From: Amoebophrya sp. A120
Taxonomy: Eukaryota; Protista; Dinoflagellata
NCBI GenBank assembly: GCA_905178155.1
Contig: CAJINV010000008.1
Location: 62,001 to 126,000, forward strand
Length of the DNA: 64,000 bases
Reading direction: 5' to 3'
The position numbers were made by a program, and so were the translations under genes. The notes beneath the pieces were generated by a model. That model was not told the origin of the DNA, made no database searches, and saw only the letters and a list, made by a program, of their open reading frames with translations. Numbering within the stretch: the first letter of the stretch is position 1; each line of letters starts with the position of its first letter. Of this stretch, positions 1-12,386 are shown in pieces.

Positions 1-126
1 GTACTTCGTCCGATTTTCTGGTCTAAAAGAGCGTAATGCTCAACGTCAACAGATATTGTATTCGCATAGCCATGTATCAAAGAGAAAGGCGGCACATCAT
101 CCCGTCAATTTGTCTTGACGTGGTTA

Positions 127-2141
127 CTAGACTATGCGCATCTCTTTGTTCTCTATGCATAGAGATGGGCACGAGCGGCAAGCGGAACAAGAAGGCTGCG
201 GTGCAATCTGGTGTGACATGGTTTTTTTCATTCTTCGTCGTGTAGTGTCCGTTTGTGTAGTCAATATGGATATGCCTTTTGCGGTTTCTTTTCTCTTTGA
301 TACCGTATGGCGAGAAAGGTCACTGAGCAACTGGCGCTCTTCGGGGTCGATTTTCCCTTCGGAATTAGACTGGCGCAGCACCAGTTCGCTCGGGGTGGAT
401 TCTTCCCGGCTACGAGCCTTCTCCTCGTTTCCACCTTCCCTCTTGTCCTCATTATTCTGATTTTTATCAAAGATCCGCTTTTTTACCACGCTGACAGACG
501 GCTGCGCGCCGTGTTGCGATATTCTGGATGGCGTGGAGCGTGCCTCGTCTTTGTTCAGGATAGCAGTGGCGAGCAAGAGAATCTGCTGCGTCTCGGTCAA
601 CATATTTTTAGCCGCGTTGTTTGTGTCTACGGGAAGACGCGCCGCCGCGTCCGTTTCATGGGCGGCCGTGCCAGAAATTCCAAGATGCCCAAGCCCGTCC
701 TGATTGGAGCCTGTCATGAGAGCGGCTTGTTGTGGTCTTCCCTGCGCTGCCATTGGCGGACAGAGCCCGAGCGTTCTGACCAGCTTGTCCGATACACGGC
801 GCACCAGCCGCCGCTCGAGAGAACTTTCCGCGCCGCGAGTTACTTCCATTCGCCAGGGGTTCAGATGTCGCATACACTGGATCTTTTTGGACCTTAGAAA
901 GCTGTTTACGCGATACCGGGTTAGCGCCATATTCTTATCGCCGCAAAAGTGAAGATGCTCGACGGTGCTCCTGCCCTGCCCCTGATTGTGTGACTCTTGC
1001 TGGAGCTGCTGCTCATCTGTAGAGATTCGAGCTTCGCCTCCAGCAATACCATCTTTATTTCGATTTTGATTTTCAGTTGATGTTGAACAAACTCGCTGTC
1101 GCTTCACACTGCAAGTTGTGCGCTTGTAAGAAACACGCCAAGCAGGTTTCCTTGGAGAAAACTAACCGAGAGGGGCCCTGGCTTCTTCCCCCCCATACGA
1201 TTTCCCTAAAGAAAAAAAAACCGGGCCCACCCCTCCCCACATCCCCAAATCGGCGGCCTTTCCCTGGGTGCCCAGCTAGGTAGCGCGCGGGGCCAGCGGC
1301 CTGCCCCTGCAAAGGCACACACCGGGCCGCCTACCATCAACGCAGTGCGGTAGGTGTCGCCGGCCAAGGTCGCACGCGACAGCTGCGGCGCGCGAAGCTT
1401 CTACATCCTGAGCCCGGCGGCCGGGCCGGCCGGGCTTCAACAGCCCTGCTCGTTACCCGCAAAAACCTGCACAATCTTGCGCCGGACCCTCCGCCCGCCA
1501 CAGTTCTTCGCCCCTTCGTTCTTCGCCACAGAAACAAAGAAAGGAACAGCGGCAAGGCCAGCACACTGCCTTCTTACAGAGGCAACCCCGCTGAAGGTAG
1601 GTCCCAACCTGTCAGAGCAGGCACTGAACCGCCGGGGCGGCGGAAATGCAGGGGCAGACGGGGCGCCTGCAATGCTTCGAACCGGGCTGCGGACAAGACG
1701 CCGGCGCGCCTGCGACAAAACGAAAGCGGGCACAGATAGGCCCGACGCAAGTGTGGCGCTGCGGCACTTCGCGTCCATATATGCAAGGGGTGGCCGGCAA
1801 AGGGATAAGGGGCAAACGGGCGGCGCCCGAACGTCAACGCCAGCCGCGGCCCGCATTGCGCGCCACAAAAATGCGCCAAATACGGCAGCGGGCGCCGCGT
1901 CTCGAGGAAGCTGCTTTGCGATGGCCCGGCTCGGCGCCTTGTGTGCCCCTCTTCCCTGCAACCACAATGAGGGGCGCCGGCGTTGTGGGAATTGCCTCCG
2001 CCTTACATTCCCGAGGCCATTTCTGAGACATTTTTAGAGATGACGGGATCACGGGCGTGGCAGTGCATAACAAACTCGCTGTCGCTTCACACTGCAAGTT
2101 GTCGTGGACGCAAGCAGGCGCGACAGAACCTGCTGCGCCAT
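127..2141 (-). CDS. Hypothetical protein interrupted by a 983-nt insertion bounded by 34-bp direct repeats; true ends uncertain
   Basis: The upstream frame from ATG 2141 (MAQQVLSRLLASTTTCSVKRQRVC) joins the 326-aa ORF 127..1107 (...VKRQRVC-STSTENQN) once the insert plus one repeat copy is removed. No recognisable domain. Confidence 0.45.
1086..2102. repeat. 34-bp direct repeat (AACAAACTCGCTGTCGCTTCACACTGCAAGTTGT at 1086-1119 and 2069-2102) flanking a 949-bp GC-rich insert
   Basis: The exact repeat is read directly. The insert is visibly more GC-rich than its flanks. Confidence 0.9.
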
Positions 2142-2865
2142 GGCGTTCGCGACGTCTCCTCCAAAATCATAATCACCGCACGCACCATGGTCCTCTCGTC
2201 GTGCAGCTTATCAATATGAATGAAAAACCTGCCCGCGGGAAGGAAACCTCGCAATTACAATCATGCGTATCTGCCACGCATGCCAGACCGCCTCGTCCGT
2301 GAACAAAACGACGTCCTCTCAAGGACATTGACGAGCCGCGCGACAATGAGCTGACTCATAGTGGCTTTTGCACGGATCCTAAGATGTAGTCTAATGGGAG
2401 ATGCGTTGTATCATTGCTGGCGTTCTTTCACTTCCTTGGTGGAGTCTCCGGCGCGGGATGCGAAATCGTGCATCTTAATCGGCGAGGAACTGGGCGTGTT
2501 GCGTATGGGTTGCACCGCGCGGGTCTCCACGCCAGATTCGTTTCCAAGTAATTTTTGAAATGCAGGATAAACTGTACAAATACCACGTGCTAGTGCTTCT
2601 GCTTGCCACGCGCTCCGCGATCGTCCACAAGCAGAGAAAAGACAGCCCATGCCCATCTAATCTATTTTCATTCTATATGAATAAGCCAATGGATACACCT
2701 ATACATGCACAAAGTAGTTTTGATGCGTTGTTCACGTCGCCCATTTTCGAGAACGATAGGTGGCCAGAAGAGAACTCACAGCACAGTACGAGTCCCGAAG
2801 AAATTACTCCCAACATGTATTAATTTGCTGATGCTGTTGCTGATGCTTCTTCAAGTAAAATTAAG

Positions 2866-4125
2866 CTATGCCTCAGCTTGCGCGAGGGCGTGCGAAGCAC
2901 GTAATCCAGCTGCAAAAGCGTTGTCTGGTAAGCGTACACGCACCGAATCATAACGTAAGCGCTTGGTGAGCTGGGGCAAGGGACACACAGCGCTCACGGT
3001 TAGCTGCTTTAGCAGCGGCGTCAGCACGTCTAATGATTTGCGGAGCTCAACCGCGGACTCGGCAAAAGCGGAAAAAGTGGCAGTAGTAACAACCACTTCT
3101 TGGTCAACATCGCTACCGCCTTCTAGAGGCGGGTGTCTTCTCGAATTGGTCCCCACAACATCTTCAGACGTGTGAAGCGTAGCACGTGGAAACACCGAGA
3201 AATTTTGTTCTGCTGCATTCGTACTACCAACTCGAAGATGTTCATTCACGCCTTGCAGCTCTCGCCCGGGTCGTGAGAGGTGCGCATGTTCGTCCCCAGA
3301 CCACCTCTCCCCCGATTGCAGCGGCCTTCCAGAAGGCACATGATTATGATCATTCGGTTCTTGTAGCAACCGGCCCGCTGCGACTGCCTCCTCAGCCTGG
3401 TTGCGTCTTCCGCTCAGAATGCGGTCGATCTCGTGCTGGTCGTGTGCATCGCATTCCCAGGAGCCAAGGTCGAAGTCTGGTACGTCTTGTTCCGGCGCTC
3501 CGACGAGGCCGTGCGCCTGCGTGCTCGTCCTCGGCGCTTGGGAGTTATGAGCCTCGTCTGCTCGTCCGACTCCGAGGCCGCCGGTGGTATAGTTATGTCT
3601 CAAACCTCCTTCTTCATCAGGGGCTCCTGCTGCAAAGGGAAACAAATCTGAATCTTCGACGAGCTCCTGATTGCGACTTTCTTGTCCGTTCGACACGTTG
3701 TGCGCGTATTGTCCTTGTGTGTCAACAGGAAGAATAGCTTGGCGGCGGTGCGGGAAAAACAATCCTTGCAAGCACCGGCTTACCTCACGCAAAACGTGCT
3801 GCGTCGGCGCGTGAAAGCGTCTCGCCCAAAAGTCGCTACAGTAGCTGCGTTGCGCCCACCGTTTGCAGACCAAACTGACGTGTGGAAAGTCCTCCTTCCA
3901 ACAGAGATAGGAAAAAATGGTCTCCAGCGGCACATGCAGCGACAGCTCGTCGAAAATGATCATCCACAGGAAAATCCTCGTCCCCGACACTTTTTTTACA
4001 ACCCCATCAAAACACATGCACCCAGACAGCGTAGCATTACTCACTTGTTCGGCGAGTAGCAAACAAAGACAAACTCTAAATCTAATATACAAGAATCTGC
4101 AAGAGCAAGTATGCTCGTCCTCCAT
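2866..4125 (-). CDS. F-box domain protein (exon structure and start uncertain)
   Basis: FDELSLHVPLETIFSYLCWKEDFPHVSLVCKRW...DFW fits the F-box consensus (IFSYL...SLVCKRW). Confidence 0.65.
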   Translation of the reverse strand: MEDEHTCSCRFLYIRFRVCLCLLLAEQVSNATLSGCMCFDGVVKKVSGTRIFLWMIIFDELSLHVPLETIFSYLCWKEDFPHVSLVCKRWAQRSYCSDFWARRFHAPTQHVLREVSRCLQGLFFPHRRQAILPVDTQGQYAHNVSNGQESRNQELVEDSDLFPFAAGAPDEEGGLRHNYTTGGLGVGRADEAHNSQAPRTSTQAHGLVGAPEQDVPDFDLGSWECDAHDQHEIDRILSGRRNQAEEAVAAGRLLQEPNDHNHVPSGRPLQSGERWSGDEHAHLSRPGRELQGVNEHLRVGSTNAAEQNFSVFPRATLHTSEDVVGTNSRRHPPLEGGSDVDQEVVVTTATFSAFAESAVELRKSLDVLTPLLKQLTVSAVCPLPQLTKRLRYDSVRVRLPDNAFAAGLRASHALAQAEA

Positions 4126-4428
4126 CTTTGCGGTTCAGATTTTTTGAGGCCCGATTAAGATCATGTCGATCGCTGCACTGATTCCGGTTCAGCAACATTC
4201 TGGCCAACATGCTGAGCAATTTATTTGAGGCGATTGTTTTTGGCTTGCTCCTCCAGGACGCGGACATAAGCACCAATTTCGCTTCCGTAAAGTTTGTTTT
4301 ATCATCCCAGAAATCTTCACGATGATGATGATCATCCAGCATCTTGGTATACCAGGAAACGCCAAGCGCGATGAGCTTTGCGTCACTCTTCTGTCACTTG
4401 TAGCCTTTTCATGATGAGATGTCGTAAA

Positions 4429-4542
4429 TAGCTGCAAGAATCAGAGAAATTAATCATAAGCTTGGAGTTGGATTTGGAAAGAAATCATAGCTGCAAGAAT
4501 CATAAGCTTCCCTTGGAGTTGGAAAGAAACATGAGAAATTGA
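4429..4542. repeat. Degenerate mosaic tandem duplication
   Basis: TAGCTGCAAGAATCA, AATCATAAGCTT, CTTGGAGTTGGA and GGAAAGAAA each occur twice in shuffled order. Confidence 0.6.
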
Positions 4543-5397
4543 TTTACTGTTCTTGTTCTGTGAAAATACCACGCGATATCGAGAATCTTGGCACGCCTTT
4601 CCGCTCTTGCAAAACAACCACGTCCGCAACGGCAAGCGGGCCAATAAAGCTCGACAGGCTACTAGCCGCTGTCCGTCTGTCTTCTAAACTTCAGCACCAG
4701 AGAATGAGAAATGCATTGCTTTTTAACTAAGTATAGTCCGATACATCAAATGCAAACGAGCCTCGTTTACGACAAGGCTTTACTAGCATTCGCGATCACA
4801 GCACAAAAATCGCAACTGCTGAGAATAAAATTCGTACGGTATCATGTACGGACCCCGACTAACTGTTTCGACTTTTGAAATGTCTAGGCACATGACTCCT
4901 CGATGCGAGTGCGCGATTATACCTCGAAGAAGAAGGAGAAGAAGAAGAAGATTTCGAGCTTGCTCTTGTGAAGAGCAAGCTCGAGTTCACTCCGATTGGA
5001 TACATGAAGACGAAAAGCTAACCATCCGAAAAGCAATAGTACCAAAAACGACACCACGAAACAACCGAGATATCGCTATCATATAGATGAACTGAATGGC
5101 TGTCACCTGGTTTTCATGGGAATGAAGTGGCTGCTTGGCTTCTTCTTGCAAGCGGGTTCTTAGCCCGAAGAGAGCCGCACTCACTCCAGGGGGCACGATG
5201 CCATTTGTTACTTTGGTACGCCGAATCTTGTTGAAACCATTTGCGAAACGTAGTGCAGTGGATGCAGAAGGAGCAGCACTAAACTCACGATCACGTCTTT
5301 TTTTATCGGAGTTGCTGATCATAGTCATTCTAAACAGCTGTCGTCGCGAAGCGGGTCCAAGTAGAAATTCACAATTCATCTTCAGAGTAGTTCGTTG

Positions 5398-5868
5398 TCA
5401 CTCGAGAGCTGTGGGAATGTTAATAGTTTCGTCATCCTCAAATGTAACACCGTGCTTTATGCGCATTTCGTCTTGGATTAAGAAAAAGATTTGATTGACG
5501 TAGCGACACCAAAATGACTCCTCCTCGATGAAGCGTGGTACAATGTCATACCGAGCCTGCCCAAGCGAAGGTATCTGGTCCAGCAGTGCCACGCACCAGT
5601 CTGTTGGGGGCTGAAAGCTGCCTTCTATTCCCAGTTTGTCGCAGATTTCCACGTTCGTGCCCTCCGTGAGATCCTTCACAAGGGGGTCGATGGCTTCCAA
5701 GATTTGCAGCTGAGCCTCCCTGGACAACAATCGCTTTTCGGACGCGTCTTTCGAAGACTGAAAGACATAATCAATCATGTCGCGCCACGGATAGAGGTTG
5801 GACTCCACGCCCGCTCTCAATTCCAGCCCGAAAGCAGGAGCTCCGCTGCTCGAGCCATTGTTCCCCAT
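5398..5868 (-). CDS. BSD domain protein with possible N-myristoylation signal
   Basis: Intronless 156-aa ORF. LLDQIPSLGQARYDIVPRFIEEESFWCRY matches the BSD core (L..R..LVP....EE.FW.RY). N-terminus is MGNNGSS. Confidence 0.8.
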   Translation of the reverse strand: MGNNGSSSGAPAFGLELRAGVESNLYPWRDMIDYVFQSSKDASEKRLLSREAQLQILEAIDPLVKDLTEGTNVEICDKLGIEGSFQPPTDWCVALLDQIPSLGQARYDIVPRFIEEESFWCRYVNQIFFLIQDEMRIKHGVTFEDDETINIPTALE

Positions 5869-5888
5869 GTTTCTTTATTCTTTGAGTT

Positions 5889-6041
5889 TGTAATGAAAAT
5901 CAACCCTTTGCTCGCTTCTTATGGCGCGCGAGTAACTGTCTGACATATACAGCTAAATCAAAATCAAAATCGTAATATTGTAATGAAAATCAAAATCGTA
6001 ATAACATATACAGCTAAATATTGTAATGAAAATCAAAATCG
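5889..6041. repeat. AT-rich mosaic repeat upstream of the BSD gene
   Basis: TTGTAATGAAAATCAA three times, ACATATACAGCTAAAT twice, and CAAAAT units. Confidence 0.65.
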
Positions 6042-8598
6042 ATTTTTATATATGAAAACCTCTTGAATGCGGTTACGCCTACGCGTGCTTCGATTTTATA
6101 CACGCAATGGACACTCTCACTCCTCTAGGGGTAGGGACGGAGGAGTGAAGCGGCTAAACCAAAAGCGAAAATCACCATCATCATCATAATGGACTCGGAT
6201 CGATATCTTCGCCGAATCAATACTACTTACACTTACTACAATGCCAGAATAGAAGTCATGGCGACTCGCTTCTTTGTCATTCCTCATATTCACATCAGGA
6301 CCTGATAGAAAATTGCGCTTCCAGTAGCCTGAGTCAACTTATGTCTTTGCAGCCAGCATTACACCCGCACGCGTAGTGAGACTGGCAGAGATGAGATGTA
6401 AACTCAGCAATGCCAATGCAGAAAGGCAACGGTCATTCAGATTGCCACTTCCTCCTCACATTCGATTCTGCTCAAACCAAGAAATAAAGGCACTGGGACC
6501 AACACAGGTTTTCAACCGATTTTCTTTCTGCACAATGGCACGATGGTTACAAAATTCAATGCTACGGAGTAGGAACACTCTCACTTCGTCGAGCTGGAAC
6601 CGAAGTGCATTGTTGTTTGAACAGAGCCCGTGCCTGCCGCTAGCAGGAAACGGGAAACACTTGAGAGCTGAACTACAAGCGGCGCTTGTCAAGCGCTCCA
6701 AATCAGTGCGACCGGTTTCGATATTTTTCTTTACCAGTATCTTGTATCGAAATCTCCAGAAGTTTGCAGGCATTTTCATCTTCATACGTGTAAAGCAAAA
6801 GAGTTTACCTTTCCTGCGCAAGACGGACGCAATGCGCTCGGAAATTTGCGCAACTTGTTTCGAGGCGATGACCACGAGGCGCACTTCATCTTTCTCTTTA
6901 CAAGCAGATTTACGATGTTCTTCATGTTGTTCTTCGTTCATCCCCATCTTCAATAATATTCATGCATGTTTACAAAACATGAAGCATTTGTGTGCAGCGT
7001 TACTTCGTAAGTATCTATTTGTATTTCTCTGTCTCCTAGCTAGTGCCAAGAACAAGAATGCACAAAGAAAAATCGTCCGTTTCCGACGAGCAGTAGAAGC
7101 CTCTTCTTCGGATTCATGGGTTGTTCTTTCATGCACTTGCAACCATGTATGATGCTACCTTGTTATGACCAACGGAAAGCGTAAGAAGTGGACGAGGGCA
7201 GACAATTGTCATCAGTCCCTATTTATCAGTCCAGATCGTCGTCGCTCTCTAGCACCTTCAAAATGTCAGGAAACGGAGGGCAGTTTTTTTCATCATCGAC
7301 CCTGTTCGTACAGCCACGATCTGAGTTCTGCACTGATCCGAAGAACACCTTTGTAGCTTTACCACGCCGCGATGAGTGGGATGACGGTGAAGACGCAGAT
7401 TCTGCTGAAATGCCGTGAGACTCAGGGTGGACACCCACTGCATCGCCGTGCTCACTGGCGCTGCTCGATCCGCTTGGCTGCCGGGACAAGAGCGGGCGAG
7501 TTGTTTATCGTTTTGAAAAGAGCCCTCAACCTCCGGCCATTGTCAAAGCGGCGATATAAATGAGCTGTGCTGCTGCTCACAGGATAATCTGCAACCGTGC
7601 TACCTGCCACATCAATGTCATGCAACAAGTATTTTCGCTCCATACTTATCATTCATCTCCTACTTTTCAATTTCAACTTTAAATCAAAATCTGGATCTGA
7701 TGGACTTTCTCCTTGCCGCATGCCTAGCTGCATTCCGATCCCGGCTGCAGTAAGAATCTTGGTGTTCATCATCTTTGCGTTTTTGTTCAGGCTCGTCGTT
7801 TTTTCGTTCGGAGAGCAAAGGACTGCTTTCAACACAATATCGCAGGGCGCATGGGTGACGGCGCAGAACAAGTGGAAGCGGACGACAGACTGCGAACCTT
7901 CCCAGACAGTTGAGGCTGTGCGTCCTCCTGCAGGACCTGTTGCTCGGCCCGAGTCGTTCCAGTAGCGGGACCGACGTCCCCGGGCTTGGAAAAAAACTGG
8001 CGTTCAGGCCACGGCACTCCTAAAAGTGGATCATCTGCTTCATCGTGTGCGGCGACAACGTGAGCAGTAGGTTTCTTCTGGAGGCCGTGCAACATCATTC
8101 TCTGTGTTGCCACTTGCTTTTCTCTTTCATGCTCCATCAATGGCAACTCTGCTGTCTCCCCGCCGCCCAAATACAATCCTGGCCAAGCATTGCATGAAAA
8201 AAAGCTCTCCCAATAAGTATACATAAATCATGAAGATAACATTCCCTCGAGGGCAGCATCATTTCAATGTAGGGCGGCGATTACGTAGAATTATGTTTGT
8301 CTTTACATCTCGGACCTGCAAAAATGTTGCTGGTGCGTCGAGAGCCACCTCCTGGATTTCTCACTAAGGGGAAGTAACTAAACGGAGGTATTAGCAGCGA
8401 CGTTTCGAAGAGCAGCCCTCTTAAGCTTTTAGGGCGGCGGGCATGTGAATGCAAAGGTGCGATGAACAACGACAACCCTAGTTGATGCTGCTACTGGTGT
8501 TGTTTCTCTTCGACGTGATATTCCATGATACTTCTGTTTGTTCATCAGGATTTTTTTCTAGTTCTGCCATCGAGGCTTTGTCATGGGAAAGCAGTTCT

Positions 8599-9846
8599 TC
8601 AAAGTTCGTAAGGTAGTCTTCCGGTTTTTCCCAGTTCCGCACTTTGCCTCCAAACGGATTCTGGGACATACGGAGTTGCTTTGGCATTCAACTTTGCGCG
8701 CTGCTGGACGAGATGAAAGTCCGGCACTTGGACGTGGTACTCACTGAACTTCTTGTCTTCTTTGGGAACGGAGGCAGAATCCGTGCTGCAGACCAGAGGG
8801 TCATCTCCCACACCTGATTCTACACCGCCACAGTTTTGGTACGTCGCCAGTTGCGCGCGCGCGCAGCCAGATGCTACTACATCGGCGTATGATAGTCCTG
8901 CGTGATCATTCCATAGCTTTTGCGCGGGCGGTCTACTCTTTGCAGTTGGTGTATTCAGCACATTTTTCTGGTCGTGCACCTCGACGTCGTGGTGCTCCAG
9001 GACGGACGAAGCTGCATCTGGGGTGCGGAACATACCAATCACATCCTGCAATTTCTTGCCGCAGGCAGTGCCAGTGCTCTCCGTCGCAAAATCGGTATTG
9101 CAGGGAGCTGGCCCCGCGGCAAGAGGGGAAATGGCGGCAAAATATAAATCTGTGCTGTCTGAAGATGCGCTGGCTGGCACAAAAACAGGCGCATCGTAAC
9201 GGAGAAGACTTCTGGTGGTATTGGGTTGCGGTTGCGCCGCCCGCGCAGCGACCACATCGACATCGTCGTTGGTTCCGACACCAGGCGTCACATTTATTTT
9301 CTGGCTTTCTAATTCTTTTTGGGACTCGTGGTCAAGGCCAAGTAAAGCATTGTTATTGTTTTCTAATGGTGCAGTCCACGCCTGTTTCGCGGCGATGCGC
9401 TTTTCAATCTTTCTGCTGGCGGAACTGAAGCCGTGCCTCTGTTCTACCGTGTCATGTTGCTGTTCGTGCTCGATGGGCACGACGGGCACTGCTTTTTCCG
9501 GTTGCTTTTCATTGTCCTCCGATGTTCCTGCCCCAACCACGAAGGACCGCAGTGCTTGCTCTCGAATAGATCGCCTGTTCGGAGGTATGATCCGTGTACT
9601 ACCCTGAGGAACCATACTCGGATGCTGACCGATGGGCAGCGCGTTTTTTGAGCGCGTCGATCCATTACCGTTATGCGTTTCCCGGTGTGGTAGTGGTGTG
9701 CTTCCGCGCTGAGCAGCAAGGATCTTGGTAGCAGATTTTGTTTTTCTTGTTCCTCTTGCCGCATCAATCGTCGATACCGTACTGCCGATCCCGAGCGCAT
9801 GGAGGGGCAGGACGCTGGTTGTAACCGCTACACAGAGCTTCAGCAT
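8599..9846 (-). CDS. Hypothetical low-complexity protein with two PAM2-like motifs
   Basis: 415-aa ORF. SLLRYDAPVFVP and KLNAKATPYVP resemble the PAM2 consensus LNxxAxEFxP. Confidence 0.55.
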   Translation of the reverse strand: MLKLCVAVTTSVLPLHALGIGSTVSTIDAARGTRKTKSATKILAAQRGSTPLPHRETHNGNGSTRSKNALPIGQHPSMVPQGSTRIIPPNRRSIREQALRSFVVGAGTSEDNEKQPEKAVPVVPIEHEQQHDTVEQRHGFSSASRKIEKRIAAKQAWTAPLENNNNALLGLDHESQKELESQKINVTPGVGTNDDVDVVAARAAQPQPNTTRSLLRYDAPVFVPASASSDSTDLYFAAISPLAAGPAPCNTDFATESTGTACGKKLQDVIGMFRTPDAASSVLEHHDVEVHDQKNVLNTPTAKSRPPAQKLWNDHAGLSYADVVASGCARAQLATYQNCGGVESGVGDDPLVCSTDSASVPKEDKKFSEYHVQVPDFHLVQQRAKLNAKATPYVPESVWRQSAELGKTGRLPYEL

Positions 9847-10970
9847 AATGCTCTATGTTCTATGCTAAAACTTCTATCTAAATATCGGATTCAGAAACAG
9901 AGTCTTCTTTTAGTATGCAGGGGTCCTTGTGTTTGTGTATTGTAACTACAGGAGCCAGACCTTATATTTATTTTTTCTTCATGAAGTCGCGCAAGAGCAA
10001 GTGCTCTACAGGAAGGACACGCTTGGCCTAGATGTGACCACGAGACAAGTGAAGAGAATAAAAATTGGACCACGGTGGTGCCCGCTGCAGACTCCTGGTG
10101 ACGCATGAGACAGCTCGTTTTTGGCGAAAAAAGGAAAAAGTGCAATGATAATTTATTAGGTACTTAGATTTACTAGAAGGACTGCTGATTCGATCCGGTT
10201 TACATTTTAGAAGAAACATGCTATCCAGTGGAGTATTTCACATCTGTTAAAATAATCGAATAGCCTGAGCCTCCGCTTCTGGGCAACGGTAGCAAAACAA
10301 CCTGCTCCTCCACCATAAACTAGAAGGAGATCTTCATCTACATCTTTTATAGAAGTACTTTTAATCTAACAACTCGCACTAACTTTCGAAGAAGATCCAT
10401 ATTCCTACAAATGCAGTAGACACTAAAGATGCGCACGCTTGGCTTTGATCCACCATCAGCTGCATAGTACTTAACACAAAGCTCCCCCGGGAGCGTATTC
10501 CTTTGAGATCAACGACAGGGACGTCCCGAAAACGGTCACGAACCTTTGTCTCTTTCCACGTTGCTTAGAAATGAAACAAAACATATTCATATTGATTCTC
10601 CGAACTGTGGTTTTCGTAGAATGCAATCACAGCCATTTTAGTTTTTTCCTTTCTTCGTCTTCTCCGTGCGTTCTCATCTGCCAGAAACTATGAAAATAAC
10701 TCTGAAACCAAATAATTTCATGGAGGGCATTGCCACAGCCACATCCTACACAAGTCTACTCAGCGACTACAAATTTTTGTATGCCCTCAGTTCAAGGCGC
10801 AAATCTGTAACGATCGTCTACTGGATGGCGCGCTTGACGAGCTGCCTCGACTTGGATTTGCTGCTGACTACGGCTGTCAAAAAATCAAATAAGTGCAGTC
10901 AATCTTATTGCATACTAGAGCGATTTGGATTTGAAACGGAGATGAACTCCTTACTTTGCATCTCATATGT

Positions 10971-12386
10971 TCAAGTTCCCTCCAATTCCTCCGATCGTAA
11001 TTTTTCCAAAAGGCTTGCGATACGATTAAAGAGTTCCGCTTTCCTTTTGACGTGCTGTCTGTCCTCCTCTCGCGCCAACAGACTTGCATGCTGAGCTCGA
11101 CTTCCATAGTGCCCGCGTACGAACTCGCACCATCGAATGGCATCACATAATATCGGAAAGGAAAGCGACGTCCCTCGCTTCCGGTTGTCTTCTGCTAGTG
11201 CTACGTTTGTTCTTGGCGACGACGTAGTTTCTTTTCCAGTTGTGGCAGCAGCATTTCCTTCACACTGGATTTCGCGTAGCATTTCGAAAAGCGTCGAGGG
11301 GGCACGCAGCCACTGCTCCACTTCGTCAAGGAAGGACACGTACGGCCGCGCCGATGGAGGTTGAAAGAAAACAGCACCGGTAGAAGTACCGGTCTGGCGA
11401 TTCCTGAAATTCATCTCCAGCGGTCCGTGGCCTTCACGGTCTTCTTCCATGGGAAGTGCTGCATGCGGCGACTCTAATCCGGTGCTTTCTTCACCAGAAG
11501 AGTCGACCTCGTGTTCGTCATCCGCCACAGAGGATGTGTTTTGTCCAGCTCGTGCGCCATTTTGGTATAGGGTAGTAGTTATCAAATGTAAAAATGTCTG
11601 GGTCTGGAAGAATGCCACTTGTCATGCTAAATCTGAAGCATGCAAAAATCTGTGTTGCATGATCACCAAAAGTCGCTCAGGTTTGACCAAGTCGGGAGGG
11701 AGTTTCTCATGCAGGATAGGCATGAGAGAGATCGCACAGAATCTGTCATGCTAGGTCCTGCATTCCAGACCTCATGGGTCATGAAAAAGCTGCATGACAA
11801 ATCGCGCATTCTTCCAGATCCAGACCCAGACATTTTTGCAATCCATAGTAGTAGAATCGCGGTCGGTAACGACCACCTCATGCCAGAAACATAACCACGC
11901 CTTTATTTGCCGCCAGGATCGAGGTCGACGCGTAACTGGCGCAGCTCCACCAGGCGTGTTTATCGCACACTCCTTCGGTCTACTACCTGCGACGTTTGAT
12001 GCCGATGTAGCCACCATGGTGCTTTGCGCGGAGGAGTAACACAGCTGTTGTGGTGGTGGAAAAGCAAAAAAGGCGGCCGTGCTGATGTTGTTCTTGTTGG
12101 ACCTCCTCCCCCCACGACCTCCCTTGGGACCGGAGGGCGAGCGTCGCAAGATGGCGGCAACATCCGCGTTCAGCCATACACGAAGGTAGTCCCTGACGGT
12201 AGCCTCACCAAAATTTTTCGAGCTTCGCTCAAATTGGCACAGGCTGGGGACATCAAGGAAGACCAATATCACGAAAACGACCTCGTGCGGAAGATCCTGT
12301 ATGCCTCGAATTACACTGGTTGTGCGGCTCGCTTGTGCCGTTGTGGCAACGCTGGCGTGTTGCGCGTGCTCGTCCCGAATACCCAT
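10971..12386 (-). CDS. F-box domain protein, two exons separated by a non-canonical introner
   Basis: IQDLPHEVVFVILVFLDVPSLCQF is an F-box. Removing 11580-11847 plus 5 nt joins ...DRDST to TTLYQNG... in frame. Confidence 0.7.
11580..11847. mobile_element. TAT...ATA introner (268 bp), TSD GTAGT
   Basis: About 45-bp imperfect TIR (TATCAAATGTAAAAATGTCTGGGTCTGGA... / ...CCAGACCCAGACATTTTTGCAATCCATA). GTAGT at 11575-11579 and 11848-11852. No GT-AG ends. Confidence 0.88.

Noticed and set aside
1354-2037. Overlapping ORFs in the GC-rich insert as a transposase
   Set aside because: Ala/Arg/Pro-rich ORFs appear in several frames and carry no DDE, RT or recombinase motifs.
6376-8475. ORF fragments suggesting another gene (similarly 12411-13700, 21366-23225, 34000-35560, 57432-58032)
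   Set aside because: I could not assemble a consistent exon chain or recognise a domain. These regions may hold real genes but are unsupported here.
10630-10640. Fragments resembling the dinoflagellate spliced leader (AGCCATTTT here; TTTTGGCTC near 41825 and 28728)
   Set aside because: Only 9-nt matches, on the strand opposite the genes; expected by chance.
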